Shown: positions 51,212 to 61,394 of the stretch, one piece after another
Numbering within the stretch: the stretch's first letter is position 1
Layout: each line of letters begins with the position of its first letter
From: Campylobacterales bacterium
Lineage (GTDB): Bacteria > Campylobacterota > Campylobacteria > Campylobacterales > Sulfurimonadaceae
Direction of reading: 5' to 3'
DNA length: 64,000 nucleotides
Assembly: GCA_038205935.1 (NCBI GenBank)
Contig: JBBRBK010000005.1
Span: 1 to 64,000, forward strand
Notes under the pieces: generated by a model
The model's database searches: none
Seen by the model: the letters and a program-made list of their open reading frames with translations, nothing else
Told to the model about the DNA's origin: nothing
Translations under genes and position numbers: made by a program

Positions 51212-52810
51212 ATGGCATCTATTTTAGCAGGGAAAAAAGCACCAACAGAGATATTGGTTAATGTTGCGGATCTCATCAGTAGTTACTACACTACAAAACC
51301 AGATTTAAACAATCAAACAAACAGAGTTGCTTTTGGTACTTCTGGCCACCGTGGAAGCGCATTTGCTGGAAGTTTTAATGAAGATCACATTTTAGCCATC
51401 ACACAAGCTGTGTGTGAATACAGAAAAGACAAAGTAAACAATCAGCTTTTCATAGGTATGGACACACACGCTCTTTCAACTTCTGCTCATAAAACGGCAC
51501 TTGAAGTACTAGCGGCAAATGAAGTAACTACCTATTATACGCTCAAGTACACGCCTACGCCTGTTATTTCCAATGCTATTCTCACACACCAAGATACAGA
51601 CGGCATCGTCGTAACTCCTTCCCATAATCCCCCAGAAGATGGAGGTTTCAAATATAACGCGACCAACGGCGGACCTGCAAATGAAGATATTACAAAGTGG
51701 ATCGAAAACAGAGCTAATGAAATTTTGGAAAATGGATTAAAAGATGTAAAACGCCTTCCGATTGAAGATGCACTCAAATCTCAGTATCTCATCGAATATG
51801 ATTTTGTTACGCCTTATGTAGAAGGCTTGCAAGATGTGCTAGACATGCAAGCGATCAAAGATGCTAACATTTCCATTGGTGCTGATGCGCTTGGAGGTGC
51901 TGGTATGGAGTATTATCACGCGATTAAAAAACGTTACGATCTGAATATGACTATTTTTCATGATACGCCAGATTTTACATTTTCATTTATGCACTGTGAC
52001 AAAGATGGGAAAATCCGCATGGATTGTTCAAGTCCGTATGCGATGGCTGGTCTTATTGCTATGAAAGATGATTTTGACATTTCTTTTGGAAATGATACAG
52101 ATTTTGACAGACACGGCATTGTCACAAAAAGTAAAGGACTTTTAAATCCAAATCATTATCTCTCAGTCGCCATCGATTATTTAGCTAAAAACAGAGATTT
52201 TTCTGGTCTTGGTGTGGGTAAAACACTTGTAAGCAGTTCTATGATAGACCGAATCTGCGAAGATAACGGCATCAAAGTACACGAAACTCCAGTGGGATTT
52301 AAATGGTTTGTAGAGCCTTTGATAGACGGCGAAATATTTTTCGGAGGAGAAGAGAGTGCAGGTGCGAGCTTTTTAAGAAAAGACAAAAAAATCTGGAGTA
52401 CCGACAAAGATGGCATTATCATGACACTTTTAAGTGCTGAGATACTCGCTATTACAGGAATTGATCCAGGTGAATATTATGAAAATCTCACCAAAAAACA
52501 TGGAGCGCCTATCTATGCCAGAATCGATGCTCCGGCAAATCTTAAGCAAAAAAACATCCTCAAAAACCTCTCACCAGAAGCTATAAAAACCACAACTCTT
52601 GCGGGAGAAAATATAGAAAAAATCCTCACATCTGCAGACAACGGGGCAAAAATAGGCGGGCTCAAAGTTGTGGCAAAAAATGGCTGGTTTGCCCTTCGTC
52701 CATCAGGAACTGAGGATGTTTATAAGATCTACGCAGAGAGTTTCATCGATGAAGCACATTTAAAAATGATACAAACAGAGGCACAGGAGATCGTAAACTC
52801 ACTCTTTTGA
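51212..52810 (+). CDS. pgm: Phosphoglucomutase
   Basis: FGTSGHRG, TPSHNP, DTDFDRHG, GEESAG, RPSGTE. Confidence 0.95.
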   Translation: MASILAGKKAPTEILVNVADLISSYYTTKPDLNNQTNRVAFGTSGHRGSAFAGSFNEDHILAITQAVCEYRKDKVNNQLFIGMDTHALSTSAHKTALEVLAANEVTTYYTLKYTPTPVISNAILTHQDTDGIVVTPSHNPPEDGGFKYNATNGGPANEDITKWIENRANEILENGLKDVKRLPIEDALKSQYLIEYDFVTPYVEGLQDVLDMQAIKDANISIGADALGGAGMEYYHAIKKRYDLNMTIFHDTPDFTFSFMHCDKDGKIRMDCSSPYAMAGLIAMKDDFDISFGNDTDFDRHGIVTKSKGLLNPNHYLSVAIDYLAKNRDFSGLGVGKTLVSSSMIDRICEDNGIKVHETPVGFKWFVEPLIDGEIFFGGEESAGASFLRKDKKIWSTDKDGIIMTLLSAEILAITGIDPGEYYENLTKKHGAPIYARIDAPANLKQKNILKNLSPEAIKTTTLAGENIEKILTSADNGAKIGGLKVVAKNGWFALRPSGTEDVYKIYAESFIDEAHLKMIQTEAQEIVNSLF

Positions 52811-52823
52811 TGTAACAAAAAAG

Positions 52824-52853
52824 TGCTATGATTGTCTCCTTACATGTAAGGAG
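52824..52853 (+). promoter_or_regulatory. Extended -10 (TGCTATGAT) followed by an 18-bp palindrome CTCCTTACATGTAAGGAG containing the SD
   Basis: -10 at 52824-52832, palindrome 52836-52853, AAGGAG 52848-52853, ATG 52860. Confidence 0.6.
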
Positions 52854-52859
52854 TTTTCT

Positions 52860-53666
52860 ATGCGAGTTATAAGTTTTATAAACGGTTCTTTGATCTCGGA
52901 AAGCGCATCACTCTATGCTCTTCATTATGCCAAAGAGATGAAATTAAAAATTGATTTTATCCATATTGAAAGTCAAGATAATCTCAGTGAGGTACAAGCA
53001 AGCTTCAAAAAGCTCACATTACTAGCAGATTCTTATGAAGTTGAAAATGAATTTCTCCTCTTTGACAGCTTCGATGGTGCCAAGGAATATCTCACAAGTA
53101 AAGAGCTCGATGTTATCTTTTGTGCCACAAGACATAACCACTCTTTTTTTGAAAAATCCTTTGCCCAAACCCTTCTTAAAGCCAATATCAAAACTGATTT
53201 GGCAATCGTGAAAGTTCTCAAGCTCTCCATGCAAGAGAGTGTCGATAAAATTGTAATGCCAATCAGAGGTTCAAAACTTTCTGTAAAAAAATTCACTTTT
53301 TTCTCAGCTTTCACTCTTGCTTACAATGCAAAAGCTGAGATCTATTCTTTAGATAAATCTTCAAAGGGTGAAATGGCCAATCTTTCTATTCAACAAGAAA
53401 GAGAACGTTTCCAAGAGATTTTATTTAATCTCAAACACTATTTTACACTTGCAAAAATGATGCACCTTAAATTTTCCATCAAGCATAATTTTGCACTTTT
53501 AGCAGATGAAAAAATTAAAGCTCATATTGTAAAAAATAACTATGATCTTGCCATAGTCGGCGGGCATCACGACAAAACTTTTTTTGGACACCATCCCATC
53601 GATATCTTATTTGAAACTCCAATCACAAACACACTCTTCTTTATTCCTTACAAAGATCAGGTATGA
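52860..53666 (+). CDS. Tandem universal stress protein-like protein
   Basis: INGSLISESASLYAL, YDLAIVGG; two-domain USP layout. Confidence 0.7.
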   Translation: MRVISFINGSLISESASLYALHYAKEMKLKIDFIHIESQDNLSEVQASFKKLTLLADSYEVENEFLLFDSFDGAKEYLTSKELDVIFCATRHNHSFFEKSFAQTLLKANIKTDLAIVKVLKLSMQESVDKIVMPIRGSKLSVKKFTFFSAFTLAYNAKAEIYSLDKSSKGEMANLSIQQERERFQEILFNLKHYFTLAKMMHLKFSIKHNFALLADEKIKAHIVKNNYDLAIVGGHHDKTFFGHHPIDILFETPITNTLFFIPYKDQV

Positions 53667-56338
53667 AGCCCTTTGAATACACGCCCGAGCAACTCTTTTT
53701 AGAGTTTAAGACAAGCAAAGAGGGCTTACATGTAAGCGAAGTACAAAAGAGACAAAATGAGTTTGGTAAAAATGTCATAGAGTCAAAAAAGAAAAAAAAC
53801 TACGTCAAGGAATATTTTAAACAGTACATAGAATTCTTTCCTATTCTTCTTGAGATTGCAGCTGTTTTAGCTTTTGTGGCTGAACATTATCAGCCTCATC
53901 AAGGAAATAATATTTTAGGCTACGCTATCTTTGGCGCCGTTATTATCAATGCAAGCTTCACATTTTGGCAAAACTTTAAAGCTGACAAAGCTATGGACGC
54001 ACTTTTAAGACTAATGCCGACCATCATCAAAGTAAGACGCGACGCCAAAACAGTGCAAGTGGATGCAAGCGAACTTGTTCCCGGAGATATTATGCTCCTT
54101 GAAGAGGGAGATAAAATTGCCGCCGATGGTGTACTGCTCGAAGTAAATGAACTTTACATCAACACCTCTTCACTTGATGGAGAATCAAGACCAAGTAGAA
54201 GAGAGCTTACATGTAAAGAAGCAAAAAGAAATATTGATGCGAAAAATATGGTCTATGCGGGAACAAGCGTTGTAAACGGAAGCGGCGAAGCTGTGGTCGT
54301 GGCAACTGCAATGGCAACAGAGTTTGGAAAGATCGCAACGCTTACAAGCAATATAGAAAAAGGTCTCACACCTCTTGAAAAAGAGGTGATCAAAATGACT
54401 AAAATTTTGACCATCCTTGCCCTTCTAGCGGGAGTCGTCTTTTTTGCTTTGGGATATTTTTCAGGTAAAGGAATCCTTATGGCGGCGATATTTGCGCTTT
54501 CACTCATAGTCGCCAATGTTCCAGAGGGTCTGCTTCCAACCATCACTCTCTCTCTTTCTCTAGCTTCACAAAGAATGGCTAAAAAAAATGCGCTTATCAA
54601 AAACCTTGCTTCAGTGCAGACACTTGGAAGTGTGACAACTATCTGTACCGATAAAACAGGAACTTTGACAAAAAATGAGATGACACTCAAAGAGATCTAT
54701 CTTGCAAGCGGAGAAAAGATATCTATCAGCGGCAGTGGATATGAAACGACGGGAGAATTTGAAATAGAAAATGAAAATGAAAAGTCCAAGCAATATCTTA
54801 CACTTTTACTACAAGCAGGACTCTTCAACTCAAGAGCCAATATTATAGATGATAAGATCATCGGCGATCCGACAGAACTTGCCATTGTTGCAGCCGCGAA
54901 AAAATATAATATAAATAGTGGCTTCGTAAAACTAAAAGAAAATCCTTTCAGTTCCGAGCGAAAAATGATGTCAACATTTGGACAATTAGATGGCAAAGAG
55001 ATCCTTTTTGTCAAAGGTGCGCCTGAAGTATTACTGACCAAAACAACCCATTTGCAAGATACGGACGGATTAAAAAACTTTGATGACGAAGCCAAAGAAA
55101 GAGTCCTACGCGAACTTGAAGCCTTTGAAAATAGTGCATATAGGGTTTTAGCCATCGCGATAAATGATAAAGATGAAGAGGAAAATCTCACCCTGCTTGG
55201 ACTTGTCGCCATTATGGATATCGCACGTCCTGAGGTTAAAGATGCCCTTGCAAAATGCTACACAGCAGGAATCCGTATCATCATGATAACCGGCGATAAC
55301 GCTAACACCGCCGCAGCGATAGGAAAACAAATAGGTCTACAATATGATGAAGTCTTAACAGGCAATCAAGTTGCAGAACTTAGCACCGAAGAGCTTCAAA
55401 AACTTTTAGAGAAAAAAACCTATATCTTTGCCCGAATGGCAAGTAATCAAAAGCTCAAAATCGCCGATGCTCTGCAAAAAAATGGCGAAGTCGTCGCCAT
55501 GACTGGTGATGGTGTCAATGACGCGCCCTCACTGAAAAAAGCGGATATCGGTATTGCCATGGGAAGTGGAACCGACGTGGCAAAAGAGTCAAGTGATATG
55601 ATCTTGCTTGATGACAATTTCAACTCCATTGTCTCAGCCATCGAAGAGGGGAGAACGGTTTACTTTAACATCAAAAAGTTTGTGACTTATATCCTCTCCT
55701 CCAATGTTCCAGAAATCGTGCCTTATGTTATGTCATTCTTTTTTAAGATACCAAATCCACTTTCGGTAATTCAGATATTGTCTATCGATCTTGGTTCAGA
55801 TATGCTCCCAGGTCTTGCGCTTGGAAGTGAAAATCCTGAAAAAAATATCATGAAAAGACCGCCTGTAAGCAAAGATGAGAAGATTCTTGATTGGGAAGTC
55901 TTCAAGCGCGGATATTTCTTTATAGGTATCATCGAAGCGGGTGCGGCGATGTTTGCATTTATGACTTTTCTTTTTTCACACGGTTGGCAATATGGCGATG
56001 TCAATCTTAAAGATCCTGTTTTTGCCGCTCAGGCGATGACCATGACACTTTTAGGCGCCGTGACAAGCCAGCTTGCAAACGTCTGGACGCTTCGAAGCTG
56101 GGACTTTAATATCTGGACACTCAGCTGGAAATCTAACAAAACACTTTTGTTTGCATGGAGTGCCGTACTTGTCTGGATTTACATGCTTTTAAATGTCACG
56201 GCCGTTCAAAAAGTATTTAACACCGCACACGTTCCACTTAGTGATCTTTGGATATTACTTCCATTTCCTATTCTTATACTTGTTAGCCACGAAACATACA
56301 AATATCTCAGACTAAAAAAAATTGAATCTCCACGATGA
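53663..56338 (+). CDS. Cation-transporting P-type ATPase (type II)
   Basis: DGES, VPEGL, DKTGT, KGAPE, TGD, GDGVND. Confidence 0.95.
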   Translation: MKPFEYTPEQLFLEFKTSKEGLHVSEVQKRQNEFGKNVIESKKKKNYVKEYFKQYIEFFPILLEIAAVLAFVAEHYQPHQGNNILGYAIFGAVIINASFTFWQNFKADKAMDALLRLMPTIIKVRRDAKTVQVDASELVPGDIMLLEEGDKIAADGVLLEVNELYINTSSLDGESRPSRRELTCKEAKRNIDAKNMVYAGTSVVNGSGEAVVVATAMATEFGKIATLTSNIEKGLTPLEKEVIKMTKILTILALLAGVVFFALGYFSGKGILMAAIFALSLIVANVPEGLLPTITLSLSLASQRMAKKNALIKNLASVQTLGSVTTICTDKTGTLTKNEMTLKEIYLASGEKISISGSGYETTGEFEIENENEKSKQYLTLLLQAGLFNSRANIIDDKIIGDPTELAIVAAAKKYNINSGFVKLKENPFSSERKMMSTFGQLDGKEILFVKGAPEVLLTKTTHLQDTDGLKNFDDEAKERVLRELEAFENSAYRVLAIAINDKDEEENLTLLGLVAIMDIARPEVKDALAKCYTAGIRIIMITGDNANTAAAIGKQIGLQYDEVLTGNQVAELSTEELQKLLEKKTYIFARMASNQKLKIADALQKNGEVVAMTGDGVNDAPSLKKADIGIAMGSGTDVAKESSDMILLDDNFNSIVSAIEEGRTVYFNIKKFVTYILSSNVPEIVPYVMSFFFKIPNPLSVIQILSIDLGSDMLPGLALGSENPEKNIMKRPPVSKDEKILDWEVFKRGYFFIGIIEAGAAMFAFMTFLFSHGWQYGDVNLKDPVFAAQAMTMTLLGAVTSQLANVWTLRSWDFNIWTLSWKSNKTLLFAWSAVLVWIYMLLNVTAVQKVFNTAHVPLSDLWILLPFPILILVSHETYKYLRLKKIESPR

Positions 56339-56484
56339 CAAGAATCTCTCAACACAAGAATAGAGGATAATTGTAGTACAATCCGAGCTACACTTAATTT
56401 TATCCTATATTATGTGTCTGTCTTCACTCACCTACAGAAATATAAAATATATATACTCTCAATCACCAAATACAAGGAAATCCC

Positions 56485-57267
56485 ATCCAACCACTTACTC
56501 CACAAGGCCAAAATCTGGTCAATAATCTTGCTTCAAAATATAATTTAAGTACAAATGCTGTTATCTATATGATCGGCGCTGTTAACAATGGCGGAGGCAG
56601 TATGGCTCAGTTTAATTCTCCAGAACTTGGTGGCTCGGGTCAATGGATGAGAGGCGGAATGACGATGGTTGGAGATATGTTCAACCATGGTCTTAAAATG
56701 ACAGTGGATAATCTCTGTTCTGAGATCTCCAATGCACTTTCTTCAATGCAAATATTTCCAGTGATTCCTGCAGGTACACCGGGAAGTAACCAATGGTGGC
56801 CAACTGATCTTGGTGCACCTTTTAGCAGCGGCTCGCAAAATAACATCCGTTACGCAGTTTTTCCTCATAGACTTGCTGTTGAATTAAACGGTCAAGTCAC
56901 TGTTTATGATACGCTCGATAACAACATAGGTGGAGTTTCTCAACAGCAAGGCGGAAATAATTCACTCACTTTTAGTAGTCAGTATGGCACTATTGCCGTT
57001 TCTACCCTTCCTATTGTTTCAGGTGCGAACACTGTTGCACCACAAAGTAATTTTATCCAACCGACAAACAACAACTTTTTAAATCCAGAGCCTTTTATAC
57101 CAAATATAACTACGCAACCGATCAAACCTGAGATAAATGAGCAGTCAAATCACTCGTCTATTGCGATTGTTGAACTGATCGAACAAGTTGCAAAACTACA
57201 TGATGCGGGTGTACTGAGTGACAATGAATTCAACTCTAAAAAAGCTGAGTTATTAAGTCGTCTTTAA
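56485..57267 (+). CDS. SHOCT domain-containing hypothetical protein; likely start is ATC at 56485
   Basis: MAQFN..ELGGSGQWMRGGMTMVGDMFN, WWP..LG; C-terminal LHDAGVLSDNEFNSKKAELL. Frame is open 28 codons upstream of ATG 56569, back to an ATC behind AAGGA. Confidence 0.7.
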   Translation: MQPLTPQGQNLVNNLASKYNLSTNAVIYMIGAVNNGGGSMAQFNSPELGGSGQWMRGGMTMVGDMFNHGLKMTVDNLCSEISNALSSMQIFPVIPAGTPGSNQWWPTDLGAPFSSGSQNNIRYAVFPHRLAVELNGQVTVYDTLDNNIGGVSQQQGGNNSLTFSSQYGTIAVSTLPIVSGANTVAPQSNFIQPTNNNFLNPEPFIPNITTQPIKPEINEQSNHSSIAIVELIEQVAKLHDAGVLSDNEFNSKKAELLSRL

Positions 57268-57334
57268 ATAATTTTATACAAATATCTAAAGCCAAAAACG
57301 ATATAATTCCCTACTTAATTCGTTGGCGGTAAAA

Positions 57335-58747
57335 TTGTTATTTAATTCTTATGCTTTTATTTTTTTATTCCTACCTGTTATGCTTATGGGCTACTTTTGG
57401 CTTTTACAAAAACGACTTGTATTAGGCTCAAAAGTTTGGCTAGTCGGTGGCAGTCTTGTTTTTTATGGCTACTGGAATATTATCTACATCCCTCTTCTTC
57501 TCGCAAGTATCTTTATCAACTTCTCCGTGGGTTCGGCAATGTCAGATGCACCGCGAGGAAAAAGAAGAGCAAAGCTGCTCAAAACATTCTCTTCTAAACA
57601 GCTTCTTTGGTTTGGTTTATTTTTCAATATTGCTCTTTTGGCTTATTTCAAATATACAGATTTTTTTCTTGTCAACTTTAACGGTATTTTTGGTGCGCAT
57701 GTTCCTTTGTCTCACATTATTTTACCTCTTGGAATCAGCTTTTTCACCTTTACTCAGATAGCATTCTTAGTGGATGCATATAAGAATGAAGTCAAAGAGT
57801 ATAATCTTTTACACTATATGCTCTTTGTAACTTACTTTCCACATTTACTTGCAGGTCCAATTTTACATCACAAAGAGATGATGCCTCAGTTTGCAAGCAA
57901 ATGGAATTATGCTCTGAGATGGCGCAATATTGGAGCTGGACTCTTTTTATTTTCAATCGGTTTATTTAAAAAAGTGATTATCGCTGATTTTTTTGCTGAC
58001 TATGCAAACTATTTTTATGCCGACACCATAAATTTGGATATGTTACAAGCTTGGGCCGCATCACTCACTTATACCCTACAACTCTATTTTGATTTTAGTG
58101 GTTATACAGATATGGCGATCGGAGTGAGTTTACTTTTCAATATCCGCCTTCCTATCAACTTTAACTCTCCATACAAGGCCACAAGCATTCAGGATTTTTG
58201 GAGAAGATGGCATATGACGCTTTCTCGTTTCTTGCGTGACTATATCTACATTCCTCTCGGCGGCAGCAGAAAAGGAAGTTTCAGAACCTATGTCAATCTT
58301 ATGGCCACTTTTGTCATTGGTGGCATTTGGCATGGAGCTGGCTGGACTTATGTCTTTTGGGGATTTTTACACGGTATTGCTTTAGTTATCAACCATGCAT
58401 GGAAGTCATTTGGCTTTAAACTTCCAACAGTGCTTGCATGGTTTATCACCTTTAACTTTGTCAACCTTGCATGGGTGTTTTTTAGAGCGCCCACTTGGGA
58501 AGATGCAACCAATGTTGTCATAGCAATGTTTGATCTTGGGGAATTTAACTTGGATGATATTTACGATAGCAGTGTTTACTGGCAAGTTATTCTCGGAGTA
58601 CTTATGACACTTGTATTTAAAAACTCAAATCAATGGGCAAAGATGCAAAAAGCAACGTTGAAATATCAACTCTTCACTGCTTTGCTCTTAATAATTGGAA
58701 TTCTCTACCTTTCAAAGGTAAGTGAATTTATCTATTTTCAATTTTAG
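57335..58747 (+). CDS. MBOAT O-acyltransferase (AlgI/DltB-like), copy 1
   Basis: LPLGISFFTF, FPHLLAGPI, DFSGYTDMA, FWRRWH, GIWHG, FIYFQF. Start TTG 57335 (alternative 57323). Confidence 0.92.
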   Translation: MLFNSYAFIFLFLPVMLMGYFWLLQKRLVLGSKVWLVGGSLVFYGYWNIIYIPLLLASIFINFSVGSAMSDAPRGKRRAKLLKTFSSKQLLWFGLFFNIALLAYFKYTDFFLVNFNGIFGAHVPLSHIILPLGISFFTFTQIAFLVDAYKNEVKEYNLLHYMLFVTYFPHLLAGPILHHKEMMPQFASKWNYALRWRNIGAGLFLFSIGLFKKVIIADFFADYANYFYADTINLDMLQAWAASLTYTLQLYFDFSGYTDMAIGVSLLFNIRLPINFNSPYKATSIQDFWRRWHMTLSRFLRDYIYIPLGGSRKGSFRTYVNLMATFVIGGIWHGAGWTYVFWGFLHGIALVINHAWKSFGFKLPTVLAWFITFNFVNLAWVFFRAPTWEDATNVVIAMFDLGEFNLDDIYDSSVYWQVILGVLMTLVFKNSNQWAKMQKATLKYQLFTALLLIIGILYLSKVSEFIYFQF

Positions 58748-58756
58748 GGTTTTGAC

Positions 58757-59860
58757 ATGTGGGAAAAAAACAGTTTTAAAATTTTAGCCATTGTATTCAT
58801 TGTCGAACTAATGATTATGAGTGCCAATTGGTTTATAGACCCCTTTATGAAATTTAGAGTAAATCCTGATCTCAAATATTTTTATACTTACGCTGATGAA
58901 AGATATATAGATTCGGGAATAGCCCAACACATGTATTACGATACGGCAGTTGTCGGTACATCTATGATAGAAAATTTCAATATTAATGATGTTGATGAAG
59001 TGATGAATGTTAAATCTGTCAAACTGCCATTTTCAGGCGGAAGCGGACATGAATTTTCTATTTTGTTAAATCACCTCCTTTCTCAGAAAAAAGCCAATAC
59101 GATCATTTACGGCTTGGATTATTTTGCTTATAAAAATCAATTGCGTGATGATGGTTTTAAAATGAGTGAACCCCCTTTTCCAACAGAGATGTATCATAAC
59201 GATCTGCTCTCAAATTTGAAATATCTCATATCATACAAAACTCTGCAGCAAAGTTATTTTGTTTTGGAAAATACCTACTACAAGAGAGTTTCAAAGGCCT
59301 ACGAAAACGCTTTTTGCTGGTACCAAGAGTGTAAATTCAATGCAGAGGCTGTGCAAAACTTCTGGAGAGACAGAAATGAAACGGATAGAAAAAATAAATA
59401 TAATAAAAAAGATTTCAATTTTGCAGCTTTAAAAAAGAATTTTGATACAGAATTTCTTTCAATCATCGAAGCAAACCAAGATATTCGATTTATTATTTTT
59501 CTCCCGCCCTACTCTTATCTCAGTTGGAAACATGCAGATGAAACAGGTTCGCTAGATAACATCATCAAGTTCCAGGAATATGTACTCAAAACATTAGTAA
59601 AATATAAAAACGTCAGAGTTTACGATTTTCAGCAAGAGCCGTTTATCTATGATTTTACAAACTATAAAGATCTTTATCACTATTCAGAAAAGATCAATCA
59701 TCTGATCTTGGAAAGAATTCAAGCTAACAAAAATCTAGTCACCAGCCAAAATATAGATAAGCATTTAAAACGGCTCCATAAAGAGGGACTCAAATGGAAA
59801 AATATACAAGCCCCAAAAGAGTTTGATGCGGTAGAAGAGGAAGATGATGATGAAGAATAG
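58757..59860 (+). CDS. SGNH-like membrane-anchored MBOAT partner
   Basis: N-terminal TM, IDP, VGTSM, YGLD, LPPYS, KDLYHY; acidic tail. Confidence 0.6.
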   Translation: MWEKNSFKILAIVFIVELMIMSANWFIDPFMKFRVNPDLKYFYTYADERYIDSGIAQHMYYDTAVVGTSMIENFNINDVDEVMNVKSVKLPFSGGSGHEFSILLNHLLSQKKANTIIYGLDYFAYKNQLRDDGFKMSEPPFPTEMYHNDLLSNLKYLISYKTLQQSYFVLENTYYKRVSKAYENAFCWYQECKFNAEAVQNFWRDRNETDRKNKYNKKDFNFAALKKNFDTEFLSIIEANQDIRFIIFLPPYSYLSWKHADETGSLDNIIKFQEYVLKTLVKYKNVRVYDFQQEPFIYDFTNYKDLYHYSEKINHLILERIQANKNLVTSQNIDKHLKRLHKEGLKWKNIQAPKEFDAVEEEDDDEE

Positions 59861-59895
59861 GATATAATGCCAAACTCAAATTATTGGCGGTAAGC

Positions 59896-61386
59896 GTGTT
59901 ATTTAATTCTTATATATTTATCTTCCTCTTTTTACCAATAACTCTCGTAGGTTATTTCTGGCTTTTACACAAACGGCTTGTACTTGGTTCAAAAATCTGG
60001 CTTGTCGGTGGGAGTCTTTTTTTCTATGGGTATTGGAATATCGTTTATATCCCTCTTTTACTCGCAAGTATCTTTGTAAACTTTTTTGTAGGTTCTGCAA
60101 TGGCAGATGCTCCAAAAGCTGATGGGGGGGGGAATTCTTCTAAGCTTTTAAAAACATTCTCTTCTAAACAACTTCTTCTTTTTGGTATCTTTTTTAACAT
60201 CGCTCTTTTGGCATATTTCAAGTACACAGACTTTTTTCTTACAAACTTCAATGGCATCTTTGGGGCAAATGTCCCTTTGTCTCACATCATCTTACCCCTT
60301 GGGATAAGTTTTTTTACCTTTACACAAATCGCTTTTTTAGTGGATGCCTACAAACAAGAAGTCAAAGAGTATGACCTTGTTCACTATATGCTTTTTGTGA
60401 CTTTCTTTCCACATTTACTCGCAGGTCCGATTTTACATCATAAAGAGATGATGCCTCAGTTTGCAAATAAATGGAACTTTGCTGTAAGGTGGCGAAATGT
60501 AGCAAGTGGTCTCTTTCTTTTTTCTATTGGGCTTTTTAAAAAGGTAGTTATCGCGGATACTTTTGCTACTTGGACGAATACAGGATTTGACTTTGCAACG
60601 ACACTTAATCTTGTAGAAGCTTGGGCTACAAGTTTAAGCTATACCTTACAGCTTTATTTTGATTTTAGCGGTTATACAGATATGGCAATCGGCGTAGCCT
60701 TGATGTTTAATATCCGCCTTCCCATCAACTTCAACTCTCCATATAAAGCAACAAATATTCAAGATTTTTGGAGAAGATGGCACATTACACTTTCAAGATT
60801 TTTAAGAGATTATATTTACATCCCTCTTGGTGGCAATAAAGTATCAAGATTTAGAAACTACTTTAATCTTTTTTCTGTTTTTCTCATTGGCGGTCTTTGG
60901 CATGGTGCGAGTTGGATGTTTGTTATCTGGGGAGCTTTACACGGCAGTGCTATTGTTATACATAGAATCTGGGCAGATCTAAAATGGAGTATGAATAAAT
61001 ATCTCGCATGGTTCATCACCTTTAACTTTGTAAATATTGCTTGGGTGTTTTTTAGAGCTAAAGATTTTGATAGCGTTAAAAAAGTTCTTGGTGGGATGGT
61101 AGGATATGAAGGGATTGTACTACCAGGTAGTTTGGCTGTAAAGTTGGCTTTTTTGAGTAATTATGGGATTGAATTTCAAGAGCAATTTTTATCAAATTTA
61201 AGTATAAGTGGAAGAAATCTGTTATTTATTGGAGGGGTCATAGTATTTGCTTTATGGTTCAAAAATTCTAATGAATTTGTGAATAAATTATCAATAAAAC
61301 AATTATTCTGGATAAGTATTTTATTATGGTTTTATTCTATTCCTTTTCTTGCAAAGGTAAGTGAATTTTTATATTTTAATTTTTAA
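59896..61386 (+). CDS. MBOAT O-acyltransferase (AlgI/DltB-like), copy 2, with G9 tract
   Basis: Same motifs as copy 1; start GTG 59896 (alternative 59884). Confidence 0.92.
   Translation: MLFNSYIFIFLFLPITLVGYFWLLHKRLVLGSKIWLVGGSLFFYGYWNIVYIPLLLASIFVNFFVGSAMADAPKADGGGNSSKLLKTFSSKQLLLFGIFFNIALLAYFKYTDFFLTNFNGIFGANVPLSHIILPLGISFFTFTQIAFLVDAYKQEVKEYDLVHYMLFVTFFPHLLAGPILHHKEMMPQFANKWNFAVRWRNVASGLFLFSIGLFKKVVIADTFATWTNTGFDFATTLNLVEAWATSLSYTLQLYFDFSGYTDMAIGVALMFNIRLPINFNSPYKATNIQDFWRRWHITLSRFLRDYIYIPLGGNKVSRFRNYFNLFSVFLIGGLWHGASWMFVIWGALHGSAIVIHRIWADLKWSMNKYLAWFITFNFVNIAWVFFRAKDFDSVKKVLGGMVGYEGIVLPGSLAVKLAFLSNYGIEFQEQFLSNLSISGRNLLFIGGVIVFALWFKNSNEFVNKLSIKQLFWISILLWFYSIPFLAKVSEFLYFNF
60124..60132 (+). 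repeat. Homopolymeric G9 tract
   Basis: GAT GGG GGG GGG AAT inside MBOAT copy 2. Confidence 0.9.
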
Positions 61387-61394
61387 GGAAAATC

